Origin: Desulfobulbaceae bacterium
GTDB taxonomy: Bacteria > Bacteroidota > Ignavibacteria > Kapaibacteriales > UBA2268
DNA: 64,000 bases
NCBI GenBank assembly: GCA_018335795.1
Contig: JAGXRP010000021.1
Coordinates: 86 to 64,085 of the forward strand
Direction: 5' to 3'
The notes beneath the pieces were generated by a model. It did no database searches, had not been told where the DNA came from, and was given only the letters and a program-made list of their open reading frames with translations. Within the stretch, counting starts at the first letter, position 1; each line of letters begins with the position of its first letter. A program made the translations under genes and the position numbers. Positions 40,512 through 50,624 of this stretch are shown here, piece after piece.

Positions 40512-42434
40512 ATGGTTAAGATAACATTTCCTGATGGCAATGAACGAGAATATCCCAACGGAATCAGCGGTTTGGAAATCGCAAAATCTATTTCCGAAGG
40601 TTTGGCTCGTAACGCAGTTGGGGTAGTAGTTAATGGTGAGTATTACGAATTGAATCGTCCGATTGAAAGCGACGCTACATTGAAAATTGCAACTTTCGAC
40701 GATGATGACGGCAAGCAAATGTATTGGCATTCCTCTGCCCACCTTATGGCTGAAGCAATACAGGAATTATATCCGGGTACAAAATTTGGCATTGGTCCAT
40801 CAATCGAAACTGGATTTTACTACGATGTTTTGCCACCGGAAGGAGTAAAGCTATCAACAGAAAATTTGCCTGAAATTGAAGCTAAAATGCGTGAATTATC
40901 TAAGAAAGCATCAACATACGATATGTATGAGTCAACTTGGGACGAGGCATATCAATATTACACGAGTGTCGGCAATGAATTCAAACTCGATTTGCTTGAT
41001 GGGCTAAAAGGTGAGCGAATTACATTTTGCAAGCAAGGCAACTTTACCGACCTTTGCCGTGGTGGGCACATTCCCTCAACGGCACACATCAAATCGGTTA
41101 AATTGCTTTCGGTAGCCGGTGCATATTGGCGAGGAGATTCGACAAAAACGATGATGACACGCATATACGGCATAACTTTTCCGAAGCAAAAGCTCTTAGA
41201 TGAGTTTATTCACTTGCGCGAAGAAGCTGAAAAACGCGACCATCGCAAACTTGGCAAAGAGCTTGAATTATATATGATAACACCTGAAATTGGTGGTGGG
41301 CTACCTGTTTGGTTGCCAAACGGCGCCTTCATCCGTCGCAAACTCGAAGCATTTATCAAAGAAGAACTTATCAAACGCGGATATTTAGAGGTAATTACTC
41401 CGCATATCGGTAATTTGAATTTGTACAAAACTTCGGGGCATTACCCTTATTACAAAGATTCGCAATTCGCGCCTATTACGGTCGAAGAGGAGGAATACCT
41501 CCTGAAGCCGATGAACTGTCCTCATCATCATCAGATTTATGCTCTAAAACCTCGTTCATATCGTGATTTGCCTTTACGATTAGCTGAATTTGGCACGGTT
41601 TATCGCTACGAACAATCGGGCGAGTTGAGCGGATTATCTCGAGTACGAGGATTTACACAAGACGACGCACATATTTATTGCACTGATGACCAACTCAAAG
41701 ACGAATTAGTCAATGCTATCGAATTGACTCAACTTGTATTCAAAACTTTCGATATGAAAGTATCAACAAGATTATCATTCCGTGATGATGATTCATCAAA
41801 ATATGCCGGCGAACTTGATATGTGGGAAAAAGCTGAGCGTGAAATCAAGGAAGTTGCCGATATGATGAATCTTGATTATTTCATCGGATTGGGCGAAGCA
41901 TCATTCTACGGACCTAAGGTGGACTTCATCGTTCGTGATGCAATTGGAAGAAAATGGCAACTCGGCACCGTCCAAGTTGACTATGTAATGCCCGAAAGGT
42001 TCGAACTCGAATATACTGGCTCAGACAATCAAAAGCATCGCCCGGTTATTATTCATAGGGCACCATTTGGTTCTATGGAGCGTTTTATGTCAATTTTAAT
42101 TGAACACTATGCGGGAAATTTCCCGTTTTGGTTGGCTCCGGTGCAGGTATCAGTTCTACCTATAAGCCAAAATCAAAATGATTATGCCCAATCTTTAGTT
42201 GATTTCTTTAAGGAGCTGGGTTTCAGAGCAGAACCTGATTTCCGCTCAGAAAAAGTAAATCGTAAAATCGCCGAATCGGAACAAAAGAAAATTCCTTTTG
42301 CAATAGTTGTCGGTCAAAAGGAAGAAGACCACAAAACAATTTCGCTTAGAGAGCACGGCAAAGGCGATTTGGGGACAAAAACTCTTGATGAAGCAGCGCA
42401 TTTGTTTTCAACTCTTAATTTACCCGGAGCATGA
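40512..42434 (+). CDS. thrS: Threonine--tRNA ligase
   Basis: TGS domain, WHSSAHLMAEA, DLCRGGH, RDHRKLG, KPMNCPHH, RGFTQDDAH, WQLGTVQVD, IHRAPFGSMERF. TATATTTG at 40470..40477. Confidence 0.98.
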   Translation: MVKITFPDGNEREYPNGISGLEIAKSISEGLARNAVGVVVNGEYYELNRPIESDATLKIATFDDDDGKQMYWHSSAHLMAEAIQELYPGTKFGIGPSIETGFYYDVLPPEGVKLSTENLPEIEAKMRELSKKASTYDMYESTWDEAYQYYTSVGNEFKLDLLDGLKGERITFCKQGNFTDLCRGGHIPSTAHIKSVKLLSVAGAYWRGDSTKTMMTRIYGITFPKQKLLDEFIHLREEAEKRDHRKLGKELELYMITPEIGGGLPVWLPNGAFIRRKLEAFIKEELIKRGYLEVITPHIGNLNLYKTSGHYPYYKDSQFAPITVEEEEYLLKPMNCPHHHQIYALKPRSYRDLPLRLAEFGTVYRYEQSGELSGLSRVRGFTQDDAHIYCTDDQLKDELVNAIELTQLVFKTFDMKVSTRLSFRDDDSSKYAGELDMWEKAEREIKEVADMMNLDYFIGLGEASFYGPKVDFIVRDAIGRKWQLGTVQVDYVMPERFELEYTGSDNQKHRPVIIHRAPFGSMERFMSILIEHYAGNFPFWLAPVQVSVLPISQNQNDYAQSLVDFFKELGFRAEPDFRSEKVNRKIAESEQKKIPFAIVVGQKEEDHKTISLREHGKGDLGTKTLDEAAHLFSTLNLPGA

Positions 42435-43669
42435 TTAAAAGGTTTTACATAAAAATATCTAAGAGGGCAACTAATATTGCTCTCTTTGTTTTTTTGTTTT
42501 TTGCATTTAACAATTTCATTCTATCACAAAATCAACCGACAACGATACTCGTTTCGCTTGATGGATTCAGATGGGATTATTTGCAACGAAGTGAAAGTGC
42601 TTACTTGAATTCGATTGCAGATGTAGGCGTTAGAGCCTTGTCGCTCAAATCGGTTTTCCCTACATCTACATTTCCTTGTCATTATTCGATAATCACAGGT
42701 CGCCACCCTGATAACCACGGAATTATAGCGAATTCTTTTCATGATTTGTTTTCAGGTGAGAAATTTTCAATAGGTTCGGCGGCAATGTACGAAAGTAAAT
42801 GGTGGAGAGGTGAAGCCTTTTGGGAAACGGCAAAGTTAAATGGTATCAAAACCGCATCATATTTTTGGCCCGGCTCGGAAATTAGCGATGTTGATAGACG
42901 CCCTGATTTTTACGAGAAATACGAACATACACGCCCATATGAAGTAAGGGTAGAAGGCGTTTTGCGTTGGCTGACGCTGCCGGAAAATATTCGCCCGAAA
43001 TTCATTACACTTTATTTTGATGCAGCAGATTCTCGTGCACATTCACATGGAATTGATTCACCCGAGTTAAATGAGGCTATAACATTGTTGGATAGAACTA
43101 TACGCAATCTTGACCTCGGTCTCAAAAAGCACGGTATTAAGGATAGCGTTAATTTAATAATCGTGTCTGACCATGGAATGACAACAATTGATTCAACGCG
43201 CATCTTCAATGTTCGTGAACTAATTCCTGACGATGATGTATATATAAATGCAATGGGTCCATTTGCATTAATTCAAGCACCGAAATATAAATCCGGGACA
43301 ATTTTCACCTTATTAAAACAAAAAGAAAAGGGCTATAAAGCCTATTTTCGGAACGAAATGCCAGAAAACTTCAATTTATTTTCAAATCCTTTGTTGACCG
43401 ATATTATTTTAGTTGCTGATATTGGGTGGCTTATCCAAACTGACTATAATTGGTCGAGTACATATTTGGCTACTCACGGATATGACAATAGTCATATGGA
43501 TATGCACGGAATTTTTATTGCTCGCGGTCCATCGTTTAAATCAGAATATAGAACAGGTACATTGAATTCAATAGATATTTACCCTATGCTTTGTAAAATT
43601 TTCGGTATCAGACCTGCTCCTGGGATTGACGGCAGATTGTCGGACATTCTTCAAATATTAAAAGATTAA
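42431..43669 (+). CDS. Ectonucleotide pyrophosphatase/phosphodiesterase (alkaline phosphatase superfamily)
   Basis: LVSLDGFRWDY, FPTSTFPCHYSIITG, VSDHGM, THGYD. Confidence 0.92.
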   Translation: MIKRFYIKISKRATNIALFVFLFFAFNNFILSQNQPTTILVSLDGFRWDYLQRSESAYLNSIADVGVRALSLKSVFPTSTFPCHYSIITGRHPDNHGIIANSFHDLFSGEKFSIGSAAMYESKWWRGEAFWETAKLNGIKTASYFWPGSEISDVDRRPDFYEKYEHTRPYEVRVEGVLRWLTLPENIRPKFITLYFDAADSRAHSHGIDSPELNEAITLLDRTIRNLDLGLKKHGIKDSVNLIIVSDHGMTTIDSTRIFNVRELIPDDDVYINAMGPFALIQAPKYKSGTIFTLLKQKEKGYKAYFRNEMPENFNLFSNPLLTDIILVADIGWLIQTDYNWSSTYLATHGYDNSHMDMHGIFIARGPSFKSEYRTGTLNSIDIYPMLCKIFGIRPAPGIDGRLSDILQILKD

Positions 43670-46360
43670 GTGTATTATATGAAATCGTTCAGAAATTTAT
43701 TAATTTTCATACTTATTTTATTTTCAATTGAGCAATCTTCAGCTCAAACGAAATACACGGATGGTATTGATACTTTAAAATTCAGAAATACAATGAGTTA
43801 TAGAGATATTATTTTACCTCGAGATTATTATAATATCGAAACAAATAAATCTCGATTTAGCGAAAGATTATTCGAGAACCCACTCTACGGATTCGATATA
43901 GTTTCGTTTTATTCCAACGAAATCAACAATCTCAATGTTAACTCATTCGAACCTTTTCTTGGTCACGTTTTCGCCGATTTGGGAATCAGCAAGCCTGATA
44001 TTTCGGAACTGAATGCTATGATGCCACGATTAATGCTAAATGATATGCTGGGAGTCAATCTTGATTCTGTATTTGGTTCATTGGGTGGGATTATAATGAG
44101 CAAATATATTACTATTTATATAGTTGGGAGAACGATTCTTGAAAAACGTCTTAATTCAATTGATTTCAATACATTAGCTTTCATGATGAATTATGCAGAT
44201 TCGATAATATACAATCCTACTTTAGATGCTGATGATTTGTTTGAATATAAGAAGAAAAATGCGGCATTTCGAGAGATTGCAGCTCAATTTTATAAAAATA
44301 AATGGGTGCTTGATAGCCTTCAAACGATGTCCGCAGGGATTTCAATTTTACGCGAAATAATTAAAACAAATGATGTTGTAAAAAGCAATTTTGTTGGAGC
44401 TGATAACCAAATAAAATCGGCTATTATTGATACAAAATATGGCAAATTCGCTCTCGGAGGCACAGGTAAAGATACATACAAAGGAGATTTTGCATTAATT
44501 GTGGATTTGGGTGGCGATGATAATTATGAGCTGGAAGTTAAAGATAAGTTATCAAACATAACAAATCCTTTGAGATTGATAATTGATTTTAACGGTAATG
44601 ATAATTATAAAAGTGGAGATTTTGGCTTAGGATGCGGATATTTTGGTGTTAATGCGGTTTTTGATTTGAATGGGAATGATAAATATCAAGCAGGAAATTA
44701 TAGTCTCGGATGCGGAATATTCGGATTGGGTGCAGTTTTTGATTATTCGGGAGATGATGTATATAAATCAGGTTCATTTTCACAAGCGTCAGCATTTTTT
44801 GGGCTTGGCTTTATGAAGGATGATTCGGGCAATGATACTTACAATGCTCAACACTTTTCGCAAGCCTTTGCCGGACCAAAAGCCTTCGCATTTTTGAATG
44901 ATAAATCCGGAAATGACAAATATATTTCAAACGTAAAAGCAGACGAAGCCTCATATTCCCAAGCAGTTGCTCTTGGTATGCCAAGATTTACAGGTGGCGG
45001 ACTTGCATTTCTTGTTGACATCAAAGGCGATGATACGTATAAGAGTACATCTTGCTCGCAAGCCTTTTCGTCATGGTATTCAGTCGCGGCATTGATTGAT
45101 TCGGAGGGTGATGACAATTATTCGGCTGAAACTTTCTCCCAATCTGTTGCAGTCAATACGTCCCACGCGATTTTGATAGACAATGGTGGCGACAATGAGT
45201 TCAATTCTAAATCCCAATCTCAAGCGTTTGCTTATGATTTGTCATTCTCTGCACTAATCGCCAATGGTAATTCTATATTAAAATCATCTCGCAGAATAGA
45301 AGATTCCGTATTTGGGGTTTCCCTTTTGCTAAATAACAGCAATTCAAGCGATAGCACCATTTATACTTTTACAAAACATAATAAAGCTGAAAATATGCAT
45401 TCCCAAGTGCTTTCTTCAGGTATTACTTGTAAATTGGAATATGACAATAATAATACTTCTCACATGCCTAAGATTGAATTAATGTCATTACCAATTATGA
45501 GTTTTAAATTAAAACAGAGAAACTTTAAAGAACCAAAATTAAATAATAATTTAAGTGATTTGATTTCCATTGCAACAAACGAAAGATTACCGACACAGAT
45601 GAGAGAATCCGCAATTGATGCAATGATTGATGATACAACGATTACTTTGAAGGCGTTCGGGCTGCTACTTGCGGATAATTCTGAAAATTCAATACCTTTA
45701 TTACAACGCTTTACAAATCAATTTGATGCTAAATTGTTTATTTCGTTATTAGAAGATTCTCTCCATTCTGTTAATCAAAACACAGTTATCAATTCTGCAA
45801 AAATGATTGTCGAACTTAATAATTCAAAATCATTCGATAAAATCGCTGAGCAACATAGTAATGTTAATTGGATTGTTAGAATTCATATAGCCGAAAATAT
45901 AGGGAAATTTAATAGTGGTAATTATTCGATAATTTTACGATTATTACTTGAAGATTACCAACCTTATGTTCGAGCAGCAGCAGCCAAGTCCTTAGCGATT
46001 TCTGACCCAAAACCCGAGAATTTGGCCGGGGCGCTCAATGATTCGATTTTTATCGTAAGAAAAGCAGTAATTAATGGATTAAATTCACATCCCAAATTAG
46101 ATATTAAATTGTTCAATCAACTACTTCCATTGTGCCAATCTTATAATTCGGCTGCTTTATTGGCAAATATATTTCCTAAAATTGAGTTGAAAAAGAAAGA
46201 TTTGAAAATTATCGAAAAAACAATTGCTGAAGCTCCACATAATTTCATCAAAGCATTGTACTATAATCCGGGGCTTGTGCCTGATGAAAAAGTTTATGCG
46301 ATAGTAAGCAAAAGAATTGCCGAGATAAATAATAGCACGGAGGCACCCAATGCCGAATAA
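43670..46360 (+). CDS. Secreted protein with DxxGxDxY repeats and C-terminal HEAT-like repeats
   Basis: GTG start, signal peptide, nine xxDxxG(D/N)DxY units, helical tail (DYQPYVRAAAAKSL, DSIFIVRKAV). Confidence 0.7.
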   Translation: MYYMKSFRNLLIFILILFSIEQSSAQTKYTDGIDTLKFRNTMSYRDIILPRDYYNIETNKSRFSERLFENPLYGFDIVSFYSNEINNLNVNSFEPFLGHVFADLGISKPDISELNAMMPRLMLNDMLGVNLDSVFGSLGGIIMSKYITIYIVGRTILEKRLNSIDFNTLAFMMNYADSIIYNPTLDADDLFEYKKKNAAFREIAAQFYKNKWVLDSLQTMSAGISILREIIKTNDVVKSNFVGADNQIKSAIIDTKYGKFALGGTGKDTYKGDFALIVDLGGDDNYELEVKDKLSNITNPLRLIIDFNGNDNYKSGDFGLGCGYFGVNAVFDLNGNDKYQAGNYSLGCGIFGLGAVFDYSGDDVYKSGSFSQASAFFGLGFMKDDSGNDTYNAQHFSQAFAGPKAFAFLNDKSGNDKYISNVKADEASYSQAVALGMPRFTGGGLAFLVDIKGDDTYKSTSCSQAFSSWYSVAALIDSEGDDNYSAETFSQSVAVNTSHAILIDNGGDNEFNSKSQSQAFAYDLSFSALIANGNSILKSSRRIEDSVFGVSLLLNNSNSSDSTIYTFTKHNKAENMHSQVLSSGITCKLEYDNNNTSHMPKIELMSLPIMSFKLKQRNFKEPKLNNNLSDLISIATNERLPTQMRESAIDAMIDDTTITLKAFGLLLADNSENSIPLLQRFTNQFDAKLFISLLEDSLHSVNQNTVINSAKMIVELNNSKSFDKIAEQHSNVNWIVRIHIAENIGKFNSGNYSIILRLLLEDYQPYVRAAAAKSLAISDPKPENLAGALNDSIFIVRKAVINGLNSHPKLDIKLFNQLLPLCQSYNSAALLANIFPKIELKKKDLKIIEKTIAEAPHNFIKALYYNPGLVPDEKVYAIVSKRIAEINNSTEAPNAE

Positions 46361-46928
46361 TAAGCGATTAATTGTGCTGTCCTCGCCCAGCGGTGGCGGG
46401 AAAACGACTGTTGCACGATTTTTGATGCAGCAATATCCAAGTATTAGGTTCTCAATCTCAGCTACTACGCGGTCTAAACGTCCGAACGAGAAGGATGGAA
46501 TTGATTATTATTTTCTTTCCAGAGAGGAATTTGAATCATCAATAAATGCGCATGATTTTGTCGAATATGAACAAATATTCGATAATTATTATGGCACATT
46601 GAAAAGTGAAGTTGAAAAAGCTTTTGGCAATAATGAATTATTGATTTTCGATATTGACGTAAAGGGTGCTTTTTCGATAAGGCAGAATTATCCCAAAGAT
46701 GCATTGCTAATTTTTTTGGCTCCACCAAGTCTCGAAGTACTCGAAGAGCGTTTACGAGGCAGAAGTACTGAAAGCGAAACACAGATTCAAATTCGATTGG
46801 CAAGAGCAAAAATGGAGCTTGATACGGCTGGTGATTTCGATTATGTGGTAGTAAACAATGTTTTGAATGATACAATCAATGAAGTGGAGCGAATTGTCTC
46901 CGAAAATTGCTTCAACGAAAAATTATAA
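46350..46928 (+). CDS. gmk: Guanylate kinase
   Basis: SSPSGGGKTT, SISATTRSKRPNEKDGIDYYF, YYGT, DIDVKGA, LEERLRGR. Confidence 0.97.
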   Translation: MPNNKRLIVLSSPSGGGKTTVARFLMQQYPSIRFSISATTRSKRPNEKDGIDYYFLSREEFESSINAHDFVEYEQIFDNYYGTLKSEVEKAFGNNELLIFDIDVKGAFSIRQNYPKDALLIFLAPPSLEVLEERLRGRSTESETQIQIRLARAKMELDTAGDFDYVVVNNVLNDTINEVERIVSENCFNEKL

Positions 46929-47807
46929 TTTAAGACTAATTACAATTTTGAAGGAATCAAAATTAAAAGTCCCTTCTCCACTGAAAGGATAAAAGGCTTG
47001 TTGACGGCGGAGTTCATACATTACCCAAGATAGAAGGTTTTTGTATGTGAATTTCATCCAAGGATAATTCCTACCGAATTCCTCGAATAATTCGGGTTCC
47101 CAAATTTCGATAAATCGTTGAGTGACATTATCGAACAGCCACATTCCTACCCATTCTGCAGGCAGGAAATTCTTGTAATAAAGCGAATGTTCGTAAATTA
47201 AATCAACATTTAAAGATTTATAGATTTGCATTCTAACTCCGGCGCTCCACTGTCCACCGAATTTGAATGTTTCATCGAATGAATTGATTAATGAATCGTC
47301 GAAAGTTAGCGATAAACGGTCAATAAAGTCAGTCCTCGTCCATGTAAATGCCGAATTGTGCATAAGCCAGAAATTCGAGTTATTACCAAAATTGTAGCCA
47401 TAGCCATCATTCAACCCGAAACCGAATCGCCATGTATCGCTCACCACTCCATCGCTTTGGATATTGAAAGTCTTGAAATTTGTAGAAATATTGCCTATAA
47501 ATAGATACTCTGATTGGTGCTTGAACAAATCTTCAAATGTCTCATCTTCAATCAATCTGACAAATCCATAGCAGAATTCGAGATTGAAAGTATTTGCCAA
47601 TTCAGTATTAAATTTATCGAATCCGAACGAAGGGAAAGTCAATCCGTAATGTGACGAAAGGTAAGTTTGGTTCTGTATATGCCCCGGTTTGGAATAAAAC
47701 TCTTTGAAAAAACGAACAAGCCTCGGCTCTTCATCAATCTGAGCCGAAGCCGTGTAAGTCAATAAAAACATCAAAACTAATAACTTTTGCAAAAATGTCC
47801 TCGTCAA
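46923..47807 (-). CDS. Hypothetical outer-membrane beta-barrel-like protein
   Basis: Signal peptide, aromatic-rich strands, C-terminal FDSFKIVISLKL. Paralog of the next gene. Confidence 0.6.
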   Translation of the reverse strand: MTRTFLQKLLVLMFLLTYTASAQIDEEPRLVRFFKEFYSKPGHIQNQTYLSSHYGLTFPSFGFDKFNTELANTFNLEFCYGFVRLIEDETFEDLFKHQSEYLFIGNISTNFKTFNIQSDGVVSDTWRFGFGLNDGYGYNFGNNSNFWLMHNSAFTWTRTDFIDRLSLTFDDSLINSFDETFKFGGQWSAGVRMQIYKSLNVDLIYEHSLYYKNFLPAEWVGMWLFDNVTQRFIEIWEPELFEEFGRNYPWMKFTYKNLLSWVMYELRRQQAFYPFSGEGTFNFDSFKIVISLKL

Positions 47808-47844
47808 AATTTAAGTGTTAGACGGCTTAAAGCTAACGAAGTTG

Positions 47845-48744
47845 TTAGAATTTGAACGTCAGTCCAACTTTGAACGAATCATACATGAAGGGCGGAACTG
47901 TTTCAAGGGGCCAATTCATGTTTTTCTTCCGCAATTCAAAGAATCCGTAATTAACGGCATTTTCGAGCACAAAGTACATAATAGCACCTGCCACGGGGCT
48001 TTTCTCGATTACAGCTTTTGAGAACCATCCGGTTAAGCCCTGAGCCGCTCCTTGAATTATTCCGCTGGCTGCCCAATACCAAAACATATGACGAGGGTAA
48101 ACCATTGCCCGTTCGTATCCGACATTTAACCCTACATTTTCAATCGGGTAGAATGTCATTGATGCTTCAAACATATTACCAAATCTAAGTTGGCTACCAA
48201 AGACATCAAGGTTAGTCTGTTGAATTGTGTCGCTTGTTTTGTCTTCAAAATCCAGACTTGTCCATGTAATACCGGAAATAGAATTGAAAAATAGTTTTTG
48301 GGAAGATTTCCCAATTCCATAACCACTATTTCGTTGAAGTCCGAAACTCCACGCAGAAGTTCTGATTCCATCGGCGATTTCTGTTTTTGAGCCTAAATCC
48401 TGCGAATAATATGATACTGCTAACATATTATTTTCATGCTTGAATACACTTGAGTTCAGTTTGCTCATTTCGTCAATATAGCTAATTCCGAATTGAACAT
48501 TGATGCTATTCAGTATTGCAAAATCATCTGTTACAGCATCTTCGTGGTAGAATGGAGTAACAATTCCGTAATTGAGGGCAAATGTCGGATGTTCAAAAGA
48601 GCTTTTAAACCTTAATCTGAACATTTCAAAATCATCTTCAACACCTGCAGTGTCAAGCACTTGGTTTTCATCAGCTTTAAGAATATTAAAATTTGCATTA
48701 GAAATTAAAATGACGAACAGTATAAAATGCATAAACTTAAACAT
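47845..48744 (-). CDS. Hypothetical outer-membrane beta-barrel-like protein (paralog of 46923..47807)
   Basis: Start ATG at 48744 after GAGG. C-terminal YDSFKVGLTFKF. Confidence 0.6.
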   Translation of the reverse strand: MFKFMHFILFVILISNANFNILKADENQVLDTAGVEDDFEMFRLRFKSSFEHPTFALNYGIVTPFYHEDAVTDDFAILNSINVQFGISYIDEMSKLNSSVFKHENNMLAVSYYSQDLGSKTEIADGIRTSAWSFGLQRNSGYGIGKSSQKLFFNSISGITWTSLDFEDKTSDTIQQTNLDVFGSQLRFGNMFEASMTFYPIENVGLNVGYERAMVYPRHMFWYWAASGIIQGAAQGLTGWFSKAVIEKSPVAGAIMYFVLENAVNYGFFELRKKNMNWPLETVPPFMYDSFKVGLTFKF

Positions 48745-48751
48745 ATTAACC

Positions 48752-50155
48752 TCATTTTTTGTTTGAACGAACTCTAAATACTTGCACATTAATACCGTAC
48801 TTACGAATTTTGTTATGCAATGTTTCACGACTAATTGCTAAAGCTGCGGCAGATTTGCTAACGTTACCATTGTTTTTCTCGAGAGTGGCTTCGATTTTGC
48901 GTTTGTCAACTTGTGCGATGTCTTCTTTTAGCGTTGAATTCCCTGTTATGAATTGGTCAGGAGTTTCGGAGCTATGATGACTTTTCATTCCGCTATTCAT
49001 GATTTTGTACAAATCATTGACTTCGACTTTTTCGGTACGTGTGGTTTGCATAGCAACTCTGATAACGCTGGCTAATTCACGCACATTTCCGGGCCATTTT
49101 TGCTCTGCTAAAAATTCAAGAGCCGACGGAGATAAAAACTTGGTTTCGGAGTAATCTTCGTTATGCTTTTGGATGTAAAATTCGGCAATATTAGGCACAT
49201 CTTCTTGCCTTTGAGCCAAATTCGGCATATTGATTTCACATTCGCGTAAACGGTGGTATAGCTGTTCTCTGAATCTTGATTCTCGCATTGAAAGTACTAA
49301 ATCCTTATCAGTTGCGGAGATGAAACGAATGTCCACTTCTTCACTATTAACTGAGCCAACTTTTCGGACAACTTTCTCTTCAATTGGGATAAATAAATTC
49401 GATTGCAAATCCAAAGTCATTTCGCCGATTTCATCTAAAAATAGAGTTCCTTTGTTAGCTTCGTGGAATAGACCTTTCTTGGTATCGGTTGCACCTGAAA
49501 AAGAGCCTTTGATATGACCAAAAAGTTCGCTTTGGAATAGTTCTCGCGGAATATTCGGAATATCAACGGTTATGAATGGATGCTTCCCTCTACGACTTAT
49601 GGCATGAATAGCTTTAGCTGCAAGTTTTTTCCCTGTCCCTGTTTCACCAGTTATTAATACATTCAAATCAGTCCTACCGTATCGCAGAATACTGTCGCCA
49701 ACGTCCAAAAGTGCTTTACTCCGTCCCATTAAACCGTGACTTTCCAAGAATCGTCTGATTTCCTCAATTTCCGGAGCTGATTCGGTATAAATGCTGCTTT
49801 GCAAAACTTGCTTGATTTGTTCTTTATTTATTGTACTCTTTTCGATAAAATTCACAGCGCCAAGCTTTGTGGCTCTTACTGCCGATTCTATTGTACCTTT
49901 TCCGGATATCATAACTACCGGAATGTAAGGATGATTGCGTCGGAAAAGTTCGAGCAAGTCAAGACCGTCATATTGTTCGTCCGGACCAAACTCGATGTCG
50001 AGCAATATCAAACTGATTTGCTTGAAAAAACGTTCAACTCGGCTAATTGCCTCAGTCGGATTGGTAACTACTTGAGTCTGAAATCCGTTAGATTCGACAA
50101 TTTCAGCAATTGTTGTCGCAAAATCAACATTATCATCTACGATTAATACTCTCAT
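48752..50155 (-). CDS. NtrC-family sigma-54-type response regulator (REC-AAA+-HTH Fis)
   Basis: LIVDD, LLD, GETGTGK, SELFGH.KGSFSGA, LFLDEIG, WPGNVREL, GNVSKSAAALAISRETL. Confidence 0.93.
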   Translation of the reverse strand: MRVLIVDDNVDFATTIAEIVESNGFQTQVVTNPTEAISRVERFFKQISLILLDIEFGPDEQYDGLDLLELFRRNHPYIPVVMISGKGTIESAVRATKLGAVNFIEKSTINKEQIKQVLQSSIYTESAPEIEEIRRFLESHGLMGRSKALLDVGDSILRYGRTDLNVLITGETGTGKKLAAKAIHAISRRGKHPFITVDIPNIPRELFQSELFGHIKGSFSGATDTKKGLFHEANKGTLFLDEIGEMTLDLQSNLFIPIEEKVVRKVGSVNSEEVDIRFISATDKDLVLSMRESRFREQLYHRLRECEINMPNLAQRQEDVPNIAEFYIQKHNEDYSETKFLSPSALEFLAEQKWPGNVRELASVIRVAMQTTRTEKVEVNDLYKIMNSGMKSHHSSETPDQFITGNSTLKEDIAQVDKRKIEATLEKNNGNVSKSAAALAISRETLHNKIRKYGINVQVFRVRSNKK

Positions 50156-50156
50156 T

Positions 50157-50621
50157 TTAATTCGTGCTTTGGTTTACAGTAATTAATTCTTCTAATCTTT
50201 TGTACATCACACTGAAATCCCTATTGCCTTTATTGTCATGATTCGGATTCCACAAAGCCCTAAACCTGTAATTCATGCCCGGATTGATAAATTCGATAAA
50301 ATGATTTGTATCTGCCGGTACGTGTAGCGATTGGGTTCGAAGCATTATATTCATCAAATCTGAGTATAAACTACAAAAAGATTTCGTATCTTGAATTGTA
50401 GTAATATACTCGCCTGCGCCATCTTTGCTTTGGTAAGCATTATTGTGAATTTTTCTGTCGCTTGTCAAAGTGTAATTATTTCCGTGTATATCGCCATTAA
50501 TGATTCTGCCCCAATTTATCTTAAAATCCCTGTCTCTATCACCCAAGCAGTCAGTACTTTTTTGGGTAGAACTGCAAGAAATAAGGATTGTTAATATTGA
50601 TAGTAACAGTATTTTTATCAT
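50157..50621 (-). CDS. Hypothetical lipoprotein
   Basis: Lipobox ILIS-C. Confidence 0.7.
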   Translation of the reverse strand: MIKILLLSILTILISCSSTQKSTDCLGDRDRDFKINWGRIINGDIHGNNYTLTSDRKIHNNAYQSKDGAGEYITTIQDTKSFCSLYSDLMNIMLRTQSLHVPADTNHFIEFINPGMNYRFRALWNPNHDNKGNRDFSVMYKRLEELITVNQSTN

Positions 50622-50624
50622 AAA

